Source of the DNA: Candidatus Woesebacteria bacterium GW2011_GWB1_38_8b
GTDB taxonomy: Bacteria > Patescibacteriota > Microgenomatia > UBA8517
NCBI GenBank assembly: GCA_000993115.1
Contig: LBVN01000007.1
Span: forward strand, 3,587-67,586
DNA length: 64,000 nucleotides
Direction: 5' to 3'
In this document: one piece after another, positions 55,807 to 64,000 of the stretch
Position numbering within the stretch: position 1 is the stretch's first letter
Layout: every line of letters starts with the position of its first letter
The notes under the pieces: generated by a model
The model's database searches: none
What the model was told of the DNA's origin: nothing
Seen by the model: the letters and a program-made list of their open reading frames with translations, nothing else
Position numbers and translations under genes: made by a program

Positions 55807-56878
55807 ATTTACTTATGTTTAAAAGTATACCCGAAGAAGCCAATAACATCACAATCGAGGTTCCGCCGAACGAAATAAATGGAAGAGGAACTCCTGTAAT
55901 TGGTGTAATTGAAAGCATTGAGCTTAAGTTTAAAACAGTCTGTAGTCCAATCCATGAAGTAATTCCTATAGCGAGAATCTTCCCAAACTTGTTTTCAGTT
56001 TGAAGAGCAACTTTATATCCTTCGAATACGAGCAAAAAGAATATTAAAAGAAGCAAACCCGACCTGATAAAACCTGCCTCTTCCGCAATTATTGCAAATA
56101 TAGAATCTGAGGCTGATTCGGGGATAAATAAAAATTTTTGCCTTGACTGTCCCAGTCCTACACCAAACAATCCCCCCGATCCGATAGCAAGGAGAACTTG
56201 TCTGATATGATATGAGCTTTCGATATTTTGATTGTGATTAATAAAAGATATAAGGCGATCTCTTCTGTAATCCGAAGTAAATATGAGTGCAACCCCCGAA
56301 ACGATACCTACCAAAACCATTCCGAAATAAGAAAATATGTTAACACCGGCAGCAAAAATTTGGATTAACCCGGCGCCCACCAATATCATGGCTGTACCCA
56401 TATCCGGTTGTAGCATGACGAGTAAACTTACTATACCGAGTGGAATAAAATATGCCAGGATTTTTTTGTTTCCAACTGCAAGTTTTGCAATGTATATGGA
56501 AAGTGTTAGTTTTACCAGCTCCGATGGCTGAAAGTTTATTGGTCCTAACATGAGCCATCTTCTGGCACCCAAATATTTATTTCCGAATCCCGGAATTAAA
56601 ACCAGTAACAATAATCCCAAAGATGCAAAAAATATAAGCACGGCATACTTTTCCCACAATTTATAATTTACAAAAGACAATATAAACATACATATTAATC
56701 CTATACCCACAACGTAGACTTGCTGCTTTATAAAGAAAAATTTATCGTCAAATTGTCTTATTGCTAGTGGAGCTGATGCGTCTGCAACAGCAATCAATCC
56801 AATTCCCGTAAGCGTCAAAACATAAATTAGTATTTTTCGATTGACATGAAGTTTGTTTGAGTTTTTGCTTTTTTTCAC
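55784..56878 (-). CDS. ftsW: SEDS family lipid II flippase/polymerase FtsW
   Basis: QPSELVK, SDSIFAI and PLPFISFGGTS motifs. The start is provisionally the GTG at 56876-56878, just after the mraY stop. The longer ORF-track start would overlap mraY by 68 nt. Confidence 0.7.
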   Translation of the reverse strand: MKKSKNSNKLHVNRKILIYVLTLTGIGLIAVADASAPLAIRQFDDKFFFIKQQVYVVGIGLICMFILSFVNYKLWEKYAVLIFFASLGLLLLVLIPGFGNKYLGARRWLMLGPINFQPSELVKLTLSIYIAKLAVGNKKILAYFIPLGIVSLLVMLQPDMGTAMILVGAGLIQIFAAGVNIFSYFGMVLVGIVSGVALIFTSDYRRDRLISFINHNQNIESSYHIRQVLLAIGSGGLFGVGLGQSRQKFLFIPESASDSIFAIIAEEAGFIRSGLLLLIFFLLVFEGYKVALQTENKFGKILAIGITSWIGLQTVLNLSSMLSITPITGVPLPFISFGGTSIVMLLASSGILLNISKYAKKQDK

Positions 56879-56882
56879 TACT

Positions 56883-57938
56883 TTAGATTGTAGCAAGCCA
56901 TAGACCAAAAATAGCCAGAACAATTCCTGCAAGCCAGGCCCTTGTAACAATTTTTGGTTCTTCCCAACCCATCGCCAAATAAGTGTTATGAAGTGGTGCT
57001 AAAGGAAGTATCGGGCGTTTTAAGTACTTCCAACCTAAAATTTGTACAGCAGAAGATGCAACTTCCAATACAAATATTCCTCCAATAAATACAAGTGCGA
57101 TAATGTTACCCGTAATTAAACCTATTATTCCAAGTGTTGCACCAAAAGATAGCGCACCGGCATCTCCCAACCAAATACGTGCAGGCCAAATGTTAAAGTA
57201 AAGAAAAGCTAAAAGAGATCCTGCCCAAAGAATCAGAAAAAGTGTTAACGGCATGTCAAGTGTTTTTGCAGCAATCACACCGAAAGCAATTATACAAATA
57301 AATAAAAGGCCGCTTGATAATCCGTCCAGTCCGTCAGTAATATTGAAAGCATTACTGAATGAAATTATAACAAAAGCCGCAAAAGGAATATAAAATACTC
57401 CCAAATTAATTGTTACATCAACAATCGGTATATGTAAAATACTTATTCCCAATACTCTATTTAAAAAATACCCAATCACTAAACCTAAAGTTAATTGAAT
57501 TAAAAACTTCAGTTTTCGTGTCATACCAAACCAAAGTCCTAATGTTCCTTTTTGAGGCTTTCCGAACATTTTTTTAATATCATCCGAAACACCTAAAATC
57601 GCAAATGATAAAAAAGTAAAAATTATTATAAACACTTCCTTGTTAACCGAAAAGCTGCTTCTTATTGGAATACCCATGTGTTTAGTTAAAAACATCAGAA
57701 CAAAAAATAAAACGGAAACAGAAGCGACTAATAAAATACCACCACCCACAGGAGTCCCTGCTTTTTTATCGTGCAGCTTATCAAATAGAGGAATTTTTCC
57801 CTTGGTTGGAGCTTCCTTACGTCGTAAAAACTTATATTTATACAAAAGATTAATAAAGGGAACTATCATCACACTATTGATTAAGAAAGAGAATAAAAAA
57901 ACTCCGAGTATCAACGATGATCCGTTTTGTAAGTTCAT
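56883..57938 (-). CDS. mraY: phospho-N-acetylmuramoyl-pentapeptide transferase
   Basis: NAFNITDGLDGL, GDAGALSFG and LAPLHN motifs. Confidence 0.9.
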   Translation of the reverse strand: MNLQNGSSLILGVFLFSFLINSVMIVPFINLLYKYKFLRRKEAPTKGKIPLFDKLHDKKAGTPVGGGILLVASVSVLFFVLMFLTKHMGIPIRSSFSVNKEVFIIIFTFLSFAILGVSDDIKKMFGKPQKGTLGLWFGMTRKLKFLIQLTLGLVIGYFLNRVLGISILHIPIVDVTINLGVFYIPFAAFVIISFSNAFNITDGLDGLSSGLLFICIIAFGVIAAKTLDMPLTLFLILWAGSLLAFLYFNIWPARIWLGDAGALSFGATLGIIGLITGNIIALVFIGGIFVLEVASSAVQILGWKYLKRPILPLAPLHNTYLAMGWEEPKIVTRAWLAGIVLAIFGLWLATI

Positions 57939-57962
57939 ATCTTTGTTAAAATTATAATAAAG

Positions 57963-59198
57963 TTACAACAGTGGTACAAGCTGCTCAAGATGTAAAGAGT
58001 GAGATCCTTTTATTAATATATCTGTATTTTTACCAAGATGCTTTTTAATTATTAATGGAATCCTATTTAAATCATTAAAAAAGTAGACGTTCGCCAGTTT
58101 TCTGGACGCAGCTTTGGCCGTATATTCACTTCTCTTTCCAACGCAAATTAAAGCATCCGGTTTGTATTCAGAAATAAAACTACCCATTTCGTCGTGGAAT
58201 TTGATTTCATCAGCGCCTAACTCAAGCATATCACCAAAAACTATTATCTTGGAATTCTCCTTATTATTTTTCATAAAATTATCTATAGTTGTCTTTGCTG
58301 CCATGGGATTGTTGTTGTAAGCATCATCATATATTTTAACTCCACCACTTTTATTTAATATTTGCATTCTGTGTTTGGGGGGAGAAAAGTTCTTAAGACC
58401 AATTTCTATTTTAGTAAAATCGATATTTAAGTTTTTTGCACAAGTAATTGCCGCTAGGGCATTTTCAACATACTGCATCCCAATCATCGGGATTTCTATA
58501 CCAATTTGATTATTTTCATATACTAAATTAAACTTTGTTTTACCCTCTTTCGTAACTTCAACTTTTGAAGAATATATTTCTGCTTTGGATCCATACCAAA
58601 TTATTTCGGAGCTTAATTTATTTTTTAAGGTATTTAAAAACTTATCATTGGCATTTAATATTGCTTTGTCATCGGAAGTTAAAACTTCCACCAATTTTTT
58701 TTTCTCCTTAAAAACACCATGGACATTTTTAAAAAATTGGGTATGGGTTGGAAAAATATTAGTAATAATCCCAATATCAGGCTTCGCAAGCCACAAATAA
58801 AAATCCATTTCTCCCGGATACTCTACTCCCATTTCCAAAATCAAATATTTTGTACCTGGAACACATTTAAGTATGGTTGTCGGGATATTAAAAACAGAAT
58901 CGATATTTTCATAACTTGCGACTGTTTTTTCACATAATCTTAAAATTCCCAAAAGCATTTCTTTTGTTGTAGTTTTTCCGGCACTTCCTGTAATTCCTAT
59001 TACTTTTAATCCAAATGTTTTTCTTAATAAAACTAAATAATATTTAGCAATCCTACGTTTCAACGGATGAATAATTAGAAGACGTATAAGAACTCTTGCT
59101 TTTTCTGAGTTACTTTTAATACGCATTATTTTAGCCAAATCCCTATGCTCTTTTGGTAAATTCCCACCAGATATTTTTTTCAATAATTGATTATCCAT
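57963..59198 (-). CDS. murF: UDP-MurNAc-tripeptide--D-Ala-D-Ala ligase
   Basis: GITGSAGKTTTKEM and DDAYNNNP motifs. Confidence 0.75.
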   Translation of the reverse strand: MDNQLLKKISGGNLPKEHRDLAKIMRIKSNSEKARVLIRLLIIHPLKRRIAKYYLVLLRKTFGLKVIGITGSAGKTTTKEMLLGILRLCEKTVASYENIDSVFNIPTTILKCVPGTKYLILEMGVEYPGEMDFYLWLAKPDIGIITNIFPTHTQFFKNVHGVFKEKKKLVEVLTSDDKAILNANDKFLNTLKNKLSSEIIWYGSKAEIYSSKVEVTKEGKTKFNLVYENNQIGIEIPMIGMQYVENALAAITCAKNLNIDFTKIEIGLKNFSPPKHRMQILNKSGGVKIYDDAYNNNPMAAKTTIDNFMKNNKENSKIIVFGDMLELGADEIKFHDEMGSFISEYKPDALICVGKRSEYTAKAASRKLANVYFFNDLNRIPLIIKKHLGKNTDILIKGSHSLHLEQLVPLL

Positions 59199-59251
59199 TT
59201 TCTTAAATATTAAATTTATTCTAAATCGGATCCGACAAAATGTCGATTAAA

Positions 59252-60046
59252 CTATCCAACGCTAATTTTTTCCGGCTTATCAATTTTATTTCCTAAAAAT
59301 TTCTCCGCAACCTGTTTAAAACTTGGGGTGATATCTGTTACATATATTTTTAACCCGCCGTGACCGACCCCCAACATCTTATTTTTAGTTAAGTATAATT
59401 TTAATATCTTTGAGAGCTCTTCAGCTGGATCTATTATTATTACTTTATCTCCAATGGTCTTTTTAATTGAATTTCTAATAATTGGGTAATGAGTACAACC
59501 TAATATCAAGGTGTCAATTCCGGTTTCCTTAAACATTAATAGGTATTTTTTAACTACAGAATCTAATATATTGCCATTTATTAAACCTTCTTCAACTAAA
59601 GGTACAAGAAGAGGACAAGCTACCTGAAAAGTTATAATTTTGGAATTTAATTTGGCAATTTCTCTTATATAGCTCTTACTGTTTATTGTACCCCGTGTGC
59701 CAATAATTCCGATTTTTCCGTTAATAGTCGATTTTACAGCATCAGCGGACCCGGCTGTAATTACGTCAAATATAGGAATACTCGTAATTTGTCTTAAATT
59801 ACTTGCAGCAAATGCTGATGCGGTATTACAGGCAATAACTACACATTTAACCTTATTCTTAAGCAAAAATGTTAAATCTTCTTTGGCAAACTTATTTACA
59901 ATTTCCTTGCTTCTCGTACCATACGGAACTCTTGCAGTATCGCCTAAGTAGATTATATTTTCTTTAGGAAGAGCTTTTCTAATTTTGTTAACTACTGTCA
60001 AGCCTCCCAATCCGCTATCAAAAACTCCGATCGGCCGGTTATCCAT
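59252..60046 (-). CDS. murI: glutamate racemase
   Basis: IGVFDSGLGGLTV, ACNTAS and GCTHYP motifs. The start is set at the ATG at 60044-60046; the longer track ORF would overlap murD. Confidence 0.85.
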   Translation of the reverse strand: MDNRPIGVFDSGLGGLTVVNKIRKALPKENIIYLGDTARVPYGTRSKEIVNKFAKEDLTFLLKNKVKCVVIACNTASAFAASNLRQITSIPIFDVITAGSADAVKSTINGKIGIIGTRGTINSKSYIREIAKLNSKIITFQVACPLLVPLVEEGLINGNILDSVVKKYLLMFKETGIDTLILGCTHYPIIRNSIKKTIGDKVIIIDPAEELSKILKLYLTKNKMLGVGHGGLKIYVTDITPSFKQVAEKFLGNKIDKPEKISVG

Positions 60047-60065
60047 GAAGCAATTATACAGTAAG

Positions 60066-61418
60066 TTACAGTTTATTGACCTCTTTCTTAAATTGATTAC
60101 CTCTTTCTTTATAATTGGGAAACATATCAAAAGATGCAGTGGCCGGTGATAAAACCACAACACCACCTTTTGGAGTAAGTTCTAAACATTTTTTTACGAT
60201 TTGCTTCATTTTAGGCTTGCCCATTTTGATTATATTTTTCGTGCAATTTGCCTTAAGTAAAGCGTTATAAATAATATCGGTAATATCTCCGATTAAAATA
60301 ATATTTTCAATATTTTTTTTATTTGCAATTACCATCCCCATTTCGTTATATTCAAGTCCCTTATCAGACCCACCTAAAATCAGGGACATTGGTTCGGAAA
60401 ATGAATTTATTGCTGCTATCGTAGTCTGTGGATTTGTAGAAAACGAATCATTGTAAAATTTAACACCTTTTACATCTCTAACTAATTCCAATCTGTGTTC
60501 TAAACCCTTAAATGAATATATTGTTTTTTTAATTGAACCGGGTTTTGCTCCTGCCAAAGACGCCGCGCAAATTGCCGCGGTAACATTTTCCCAATTATGT
60601 TCACCTTTTAGAAGCAAATCACCGGTTCTCCCTATTTCTATTTTCTTCCCATCAGTGTCCAAATAAATTGTCCCATGATTTACGTAGCTACCTTTTACGA
60701 TCTTGTTTTTGCTGAAATAATATTTTTTTGCACCCGTTAATTTTTCGAACCGTTTACTGGATGAATAGTCAGCGTTAATGACAGCCAGGTTGTTTGTGTT
60801 TTGATGTGAAACTATGCTTTCTTTTGCTCTTACATATTCTGTGCTTCCTTGATGCCAATCCATATGATCAAGTGTGATATTAAGTACAACACCAATATGG
60901 GGGCTTTTTGTCAAATCTATTAATTGAAAGGATGATAATTCTAAAACCACTAATGATTTTTTAGTTAGTTTTGGAAGCAGATTTAAAACCGGATCACCAA
61001 TATTTCCTGCTAAGTACACATCTTTACCCTGGTTTTTTAAAATTTCATAGATTAAAGTGCTCGTTGTTCCTTTGCCTTTAGTTCCGGTTACACCAATTAT
61101 TTTTCCAGGGCATAAATCACAAAAAAGTTTTAGTACAGAGGTAACTATAACTCCGCTTCTTTCTGCATCGACCAGTTCGGGGAGATATCGATAAACCGCA
61201 GGAGCTCTAAAAATATAATTATATTTCTTAAGACCTCGAAGGTAATTGACTCCTTTAATAAAATTTATTTTAGCTTTATTTACTTCTGTAATCTTTAAAT
61301 TAGGATTTCGATCCAAAACCGTTACGTTTGCACTGTGAGAGAGTAAATATTTCGCTGCGTCAACCCCATTTATTCCCCATCCCAAAACCGCTACATTCTT
61401 ACCTTTGAAATTTTCCAC
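60066..61418 (-). CDS. murD: UDP-MurNAc-L-Ala--D-Glu ligase
   Basis: GVTGTKGKGTT, YNDSFSTNP and GGSDKG motifs. Confidence 0.85.
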   Translation of the reverse strand: MENFKGKNVAVLGWGINGVDAAKYLLSHSANVTVLDRNPNLKITEVNKAKINFIKGVNYLRGLKKYNYIFRAPAVYRYLPELVDAERSGVIVTSVLKLFCDLCPGKIIGVTGTKGKGTTSTLIYEILKNQGKDVYLAGNIGDPVLNLLPKLTKKSLVVLELSSFQLIDLTKSPHIGVVLNITLDHMDWHQGSTEYVRAKESIVSHQNTNNLAVINADYSSSKRFEKLTGAKKYYFSKNKIVKGSYVNHGTIYLDTDGKKIEIGRTGDLLLKGEHNWENVTAAICAASLAGAKPGSIKKTIYSFKGLEHRLELVRDVKGVKFYNDSFSTNPQTTIAAINSFSEPMSLILGGSDKGLEYNEMGMVIANKKNIENIILIGDITDIIYNALLKANCTKNIIKMGKPKMKQIVKKCLELTPKGGVVVLSPATASFDMFPNYKERGNQFKKEVNKL

Positions 61419-61455
61419 GATATGTTATTTTATCACGATCAGACGAAGTAGTATA

Positions 61456-62538
61456 ATGTTGAAAATGCTAAGAATTTTTAAAAAGTACAATCTTAAAAAG
61501 CAAAACGCATTTAAACTTGATGTAATTGCTGAATATTTTGTATCAGTAACACAGAAGAAAGATTTAAAAAAACTCGCTAAGAGAATTGATTTAAAAACCA
61601 ACAAACATTTTATACTAGGGTCGGGATTTAACACTTTATTTACCGGAAACTTTAACGGACTGATCATCCACCCAAACATTGGTGGGATTGTTAAATTAAA
61701 AGAAAACAAATCACACGTGTGGTTTAAAGTTGGCGCGGGTGTTGATTGGACTAATTTTGTAAAATTTGCGGTAAGTAAAAACTTAAGCGGTATTGAAAAC
61801 CTGAATCTTATTCCCGGCTCTGTTGGCGCTGCACCAGTTCAAAACATCGCAGCATACGGTCAGAATTTTGAAGATGTATTCGTTAGTCTTACTTCATACG
61901 ATATTATAGAAAATAAATTTGTGAAGTTTAATAAATCAAAGTGCAAATTTGCCTACCGCGATAGTTTTTTCAAAAGGGAAAGCAACGGAAGGTATGTAAT
62001 AATTGATGTAACAATTAAGCTCTCAAAAATTGCAAACATCGATACATCGTATCACTCACGATATGGCGGGATAGTCGATGAACTCAATAAATTTACAAAG
62101 CCACCTTACAATGTTTCTGTTATTGCAAAAGCGGTAGGAAGAATTAGACGAAGAAAGTTTCCGAATTGGAATAAATTTGGTACTGCGGGAAGCTTTTTTT
62201 TAAACCCATTTGTAAGCAAAGAAAAGCTTTCGGAAATTCAGAAAATTGCACCGGGTGTTCAGTTTTACCCGATTGAAAAAACAACTTATCCCCCTACTGA
62301 TGATCATTATCTTAAGCATAGCAGTTATGTAAAAATTGCGGCTGGTTGGCTCTTGGAAGAAATAGGTTGGCGCGGGAAAAGAATAGGCAATGTGTCAACT
62401 TCACCTAATCAAGCGCTCGTTGTAATAAGCCATGGAAAAACGAGTCCAAATGAAATATTATCATTCACTAAAAGAATGCAAGATGATTTCGAAAAAGCAT
62501 ACGGAATTAAATTAGAACCGGAAGTAAACATTATTTAA
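61456..62538 (+). CDS. murB: UDP-N-acetylenolpyruvoylglucosamine reductase
   Basis: GSGFNTLF, IPGSVGAAPVQNIAAYG and a GSFFLNP motif. The start could be the ATG at 61456 or at 61465; the latter sits 7 nt after TATAAT at 61452-61457. Confidence 0.8.
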   Translation: MLKMLRIFKKYNLKKQNAFKLDVIAEYFVSVTQKKDLKKLAKRIDLKTNKHFILGSGFNTLFTGNFNGLIIHPNIGGIVKLKENKSHVWFKVGAGVDWTNFVKFAVSKNLSGIENLNLIPGSVGAAPVQNIAAYGQNFEDVFVSLTSYDIIENKFVKFNKSKCKFAYRDSFFKRESNGRYVIIDVTIKLSKIANIDTSYHSRYGGIVDELNKFTKPPYNVSVIAKAVGRIRRRKFPNWNKFGTAGSFFLNPFVSKEKLSEIQKIAPGVQFYPIEKTTYPPTDDHYLKHSSYVKIAAGWLLEEIGWRGKRIGNVSTSPNQALVVISHGKTSPNEILSFTKRMQDDFEKAYGIKLEPEVNII

Positions 62539-62824
62539 TCGTTATTTTATCTCCCGGGTTAATTTTGTATTTTTGAATAAATCCTGATTGTACTTCAATC
62601 ACTCTAATATATTTAGGGCTCCAGAAAAATATCCGATTGGGTTTAACATTTGCAAATTTACGTACTATGAAGTCTTTATCCAAAACCAGAACGTCAATCG
62701 GTTTTTTAACGAAAAAAGTATGTATTCCAAAATGTGTTTCAAAATATATCGGCTCGGATAAATCACTAAACATCAACCCTACAAACTTATTAATACCGAA
62801 AAGTTTTTTGACTTTAATTACCAC
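62531..62824 (-). CDS. DUF192 family protein
   Basis: GLMF..., FETHFGIHTFFVKKPIDVLVLD and IEVQSG. Confidence 0.6.
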   Translation of the reverse strand: MVIKVKKLFGINKFVGLMFSDLSEPIYFETHFGIHTFFVKKPIDVLVLDKDFIVRKFANVKPNRIFFWSPKYIRVIEVQSGFIQKYKINPGDKITIK

Positions 62825-63511
62825 TTAAAAATTAATAGTATCCTTTTCACTTACGTTTTCATGAGTAAAATCTTCCCCCAAATGTCTATATTGACACCAT
62901 TTACAGGCTTTACTTTCCTGAGGCAGTGGGGATTTAAGTAACTCATCAATATCTTTCATTAACTCCAAAAAGCTTTTGTCGTCGATCGGGATTTCCAACC
63001 ATTTCGGAGGAAAACTTACCATAGCTGAATTATCGGTAAAATTTACTGTATCGGGATAAAAAATTAAAAGGGCAAGTTTTGTAATTTTATAAGAATTTCC
63101 ATTTTTAGGATTTTCCAAAGCAAATTTATAAGCTCCAAGCTGAGTTTTATATTTTTCTATTTTATCAATATTTGGGGAACTTATTTTTAAATCAACCAGT
63201 GTGTGAGAATTATCCGGATTTTTAACGAGCAAATCATATTTTCCCTTAATAAAAACAGACGTTTCGGGAACGAGAATAGAATCTACCCAACCTTCCTGAT
63301 TTACAACTTCCCCATCCGGTAAATCATCGGACAAGGTTTTAAGGTTCTTTCCGACCAGACTTCCCTGAATCCTTGTATTTATTGCCGAAAAAACACCCGG
63401 CATCGGCATTGAAGGTTGAGTAATTCCCTTTTTCACTTTAAGGCAGTAACAAAGTTTACATTCCTCATAAAGATAAGCGAAATCGGACGGAGACAATTTA
63501 AACATGTCCAT
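62825..63511 (-). CDS. PD-(D/E)XK nuclease, Cas4/RecB-like, with four-Cys cluster
   Basis: N-terminal C-x2-C-x-C (ECKLCYCL), the core YDLL...LVDLKIS, and C-terminal CKWCQY. Confidence 0.6.
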   Translation of the reverse strand: MDMFKLSPSDFAYLYEECKLCYCLKVKKGITQPSMPMPGVFSAINTRIQGSLVGKNLKTLSDDLPDGEVVNQEGWVDSILVPETSVFIKGKYDLLVKNPDNSHTLVDLKISSPNIDKIEKYKTQLGAYKFALENPKNGNSYKITKLALLIFYPDTVNFTDNSAMVSFPPKWLEIPIDDKSFLELMKDIDELLKSPLPQESKACKWCQYRHLGEDFTHENVSEKDTINF

Positions 63512-63589
63512 ATTCTACACCCGGGACAATATATTTATAAACCACAAATGTATAAATTCAAAAAAATCAAAGAGGATTTTAAGCCGAGG

Positions 63590-64000
63590 CTATTTTAGCT
63601 GTAAGCTTTTTATTACTGATCGGGCTACTTCAGAATCAATACTTAATGTTTTTTCCACTTCTCCCCCCGTGTAAAATCCAAGTAAACATATCGTATCATT
63701 TTTGGTAAAAATAAATCGGGTTTCAGAAGTTCCACTTGGAAATTCCCAGGGTTTATTGTTCTCAAATACCAAAGATGTATTACCCCCAATTTCCACATCT
63801 TCGAGGCGTTTGTAAGTAAACCATTGGTTAAGATTAGGCTGATTTTTATCTCCAAGTGAAATACTTTCTCCAACTTTTAATTTTATCAAAGCCTGATAGT
63901 TTTTTTCATTGAAGTTGTAGATCTCCCCCTCCTCCGATTTATTGTCAGCGGTAATAACTGAAATATAAATAAAATTAGTGCCTCCTTTACCACTTTCTTT
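63590..64000 (-). CDS. hypothetical protein; 5' end lies outside the window
   Basis: The track starts it at the TTG at 63889, but I find the same frame open with no stop through base 64000 (KESGKGGTNFIYISVITADNKSEEGEIYNFNEKNYQA-LIKLKV...). Confidence 0.45.
   Translation of the reverse strand, partial: KESGKGGTNFIYISVITADNKSEEGEIYNFNEKNYQALIKLKVGESISLGDKNQPNLNQWFTYKRLEDVEIGGNTSLVFENNKPWEFPSGTSETRFIFTKNDTICLLGFYTGGEVEKTLSIDSEVARSVIKSLQLK

Overview
This is 64 kb of an AT-rich, very gene-dense bacterial chromosome. I count about 70 protein genes and 4 tRNAs. I found no rRNA, CRISPR array, transposase, integrase or prophage. Most genes lie on the minus strand in long housekeeping operons. In window order: a family-5 SBP gene and secG; an excision-repair block uvrA / transglutaminase-like gene / uvrC, with divergent uvrB and lexA; gpmI-eno-ppsA-pgi/pmi-pmm; holA and ruvC; rplS; dnaE-gatB-MFS-gatA-gatC; htpX-lemA-polX; a tRNA-punctuated accessory patch (tRNA-Asp, Gly, Thr, Val) with a cohesin-CARDB-dockerin protein, a LysM protein, two NUDIX genes, an Ig-like protein, small membrane proteins and a methyltransferase; guaB, lepB, rplU-rpmA-parB, rodA, ileS; and a dcw cluster murD-murI-murF-mraY-ftsW-murG-ftsQ-ftsA-ftsZ with divergent murB. 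The gene content, tiny intergenic gaps and near absence of Shine-Dalgarno motifs suggest a reduced-genome Patescibacteria/CPR-like organism; this is inference only. Main observations: (1) A structured 109-127 nt repeat occurs twice, 283 bp apart. One copy is an in-frame 36-codon insertion inside uvrC. The other sits exactly at the truncated 3' end of uvrC and reads in frame into the next gene. (2) Lesions cluster in repair and replication genes. uvrA has lost its Walker A segment and is frameshifted. uvrB has about 100 codons replaced by a nucleotidyltransferase gene fragment and carries a 3' frameshift. lexA looks about 15 codons short. holA and dnaE are each split by a frameshift. About 60 other genes are intact, and assembly or sequencing error must be excluded. 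(3) A roughly 100 nt promoter/palindrome module is shared upstream of eno and of an unrelated membrane-protein gene, with a third rearranged copy near secG. (4) A -10-like hexamer lies 6-7 nt upstream of the ATG at several genes, suggesting leaderless mRNAs. No database or folding tools were available; all calls rest on reading the sequence and the ORF track.
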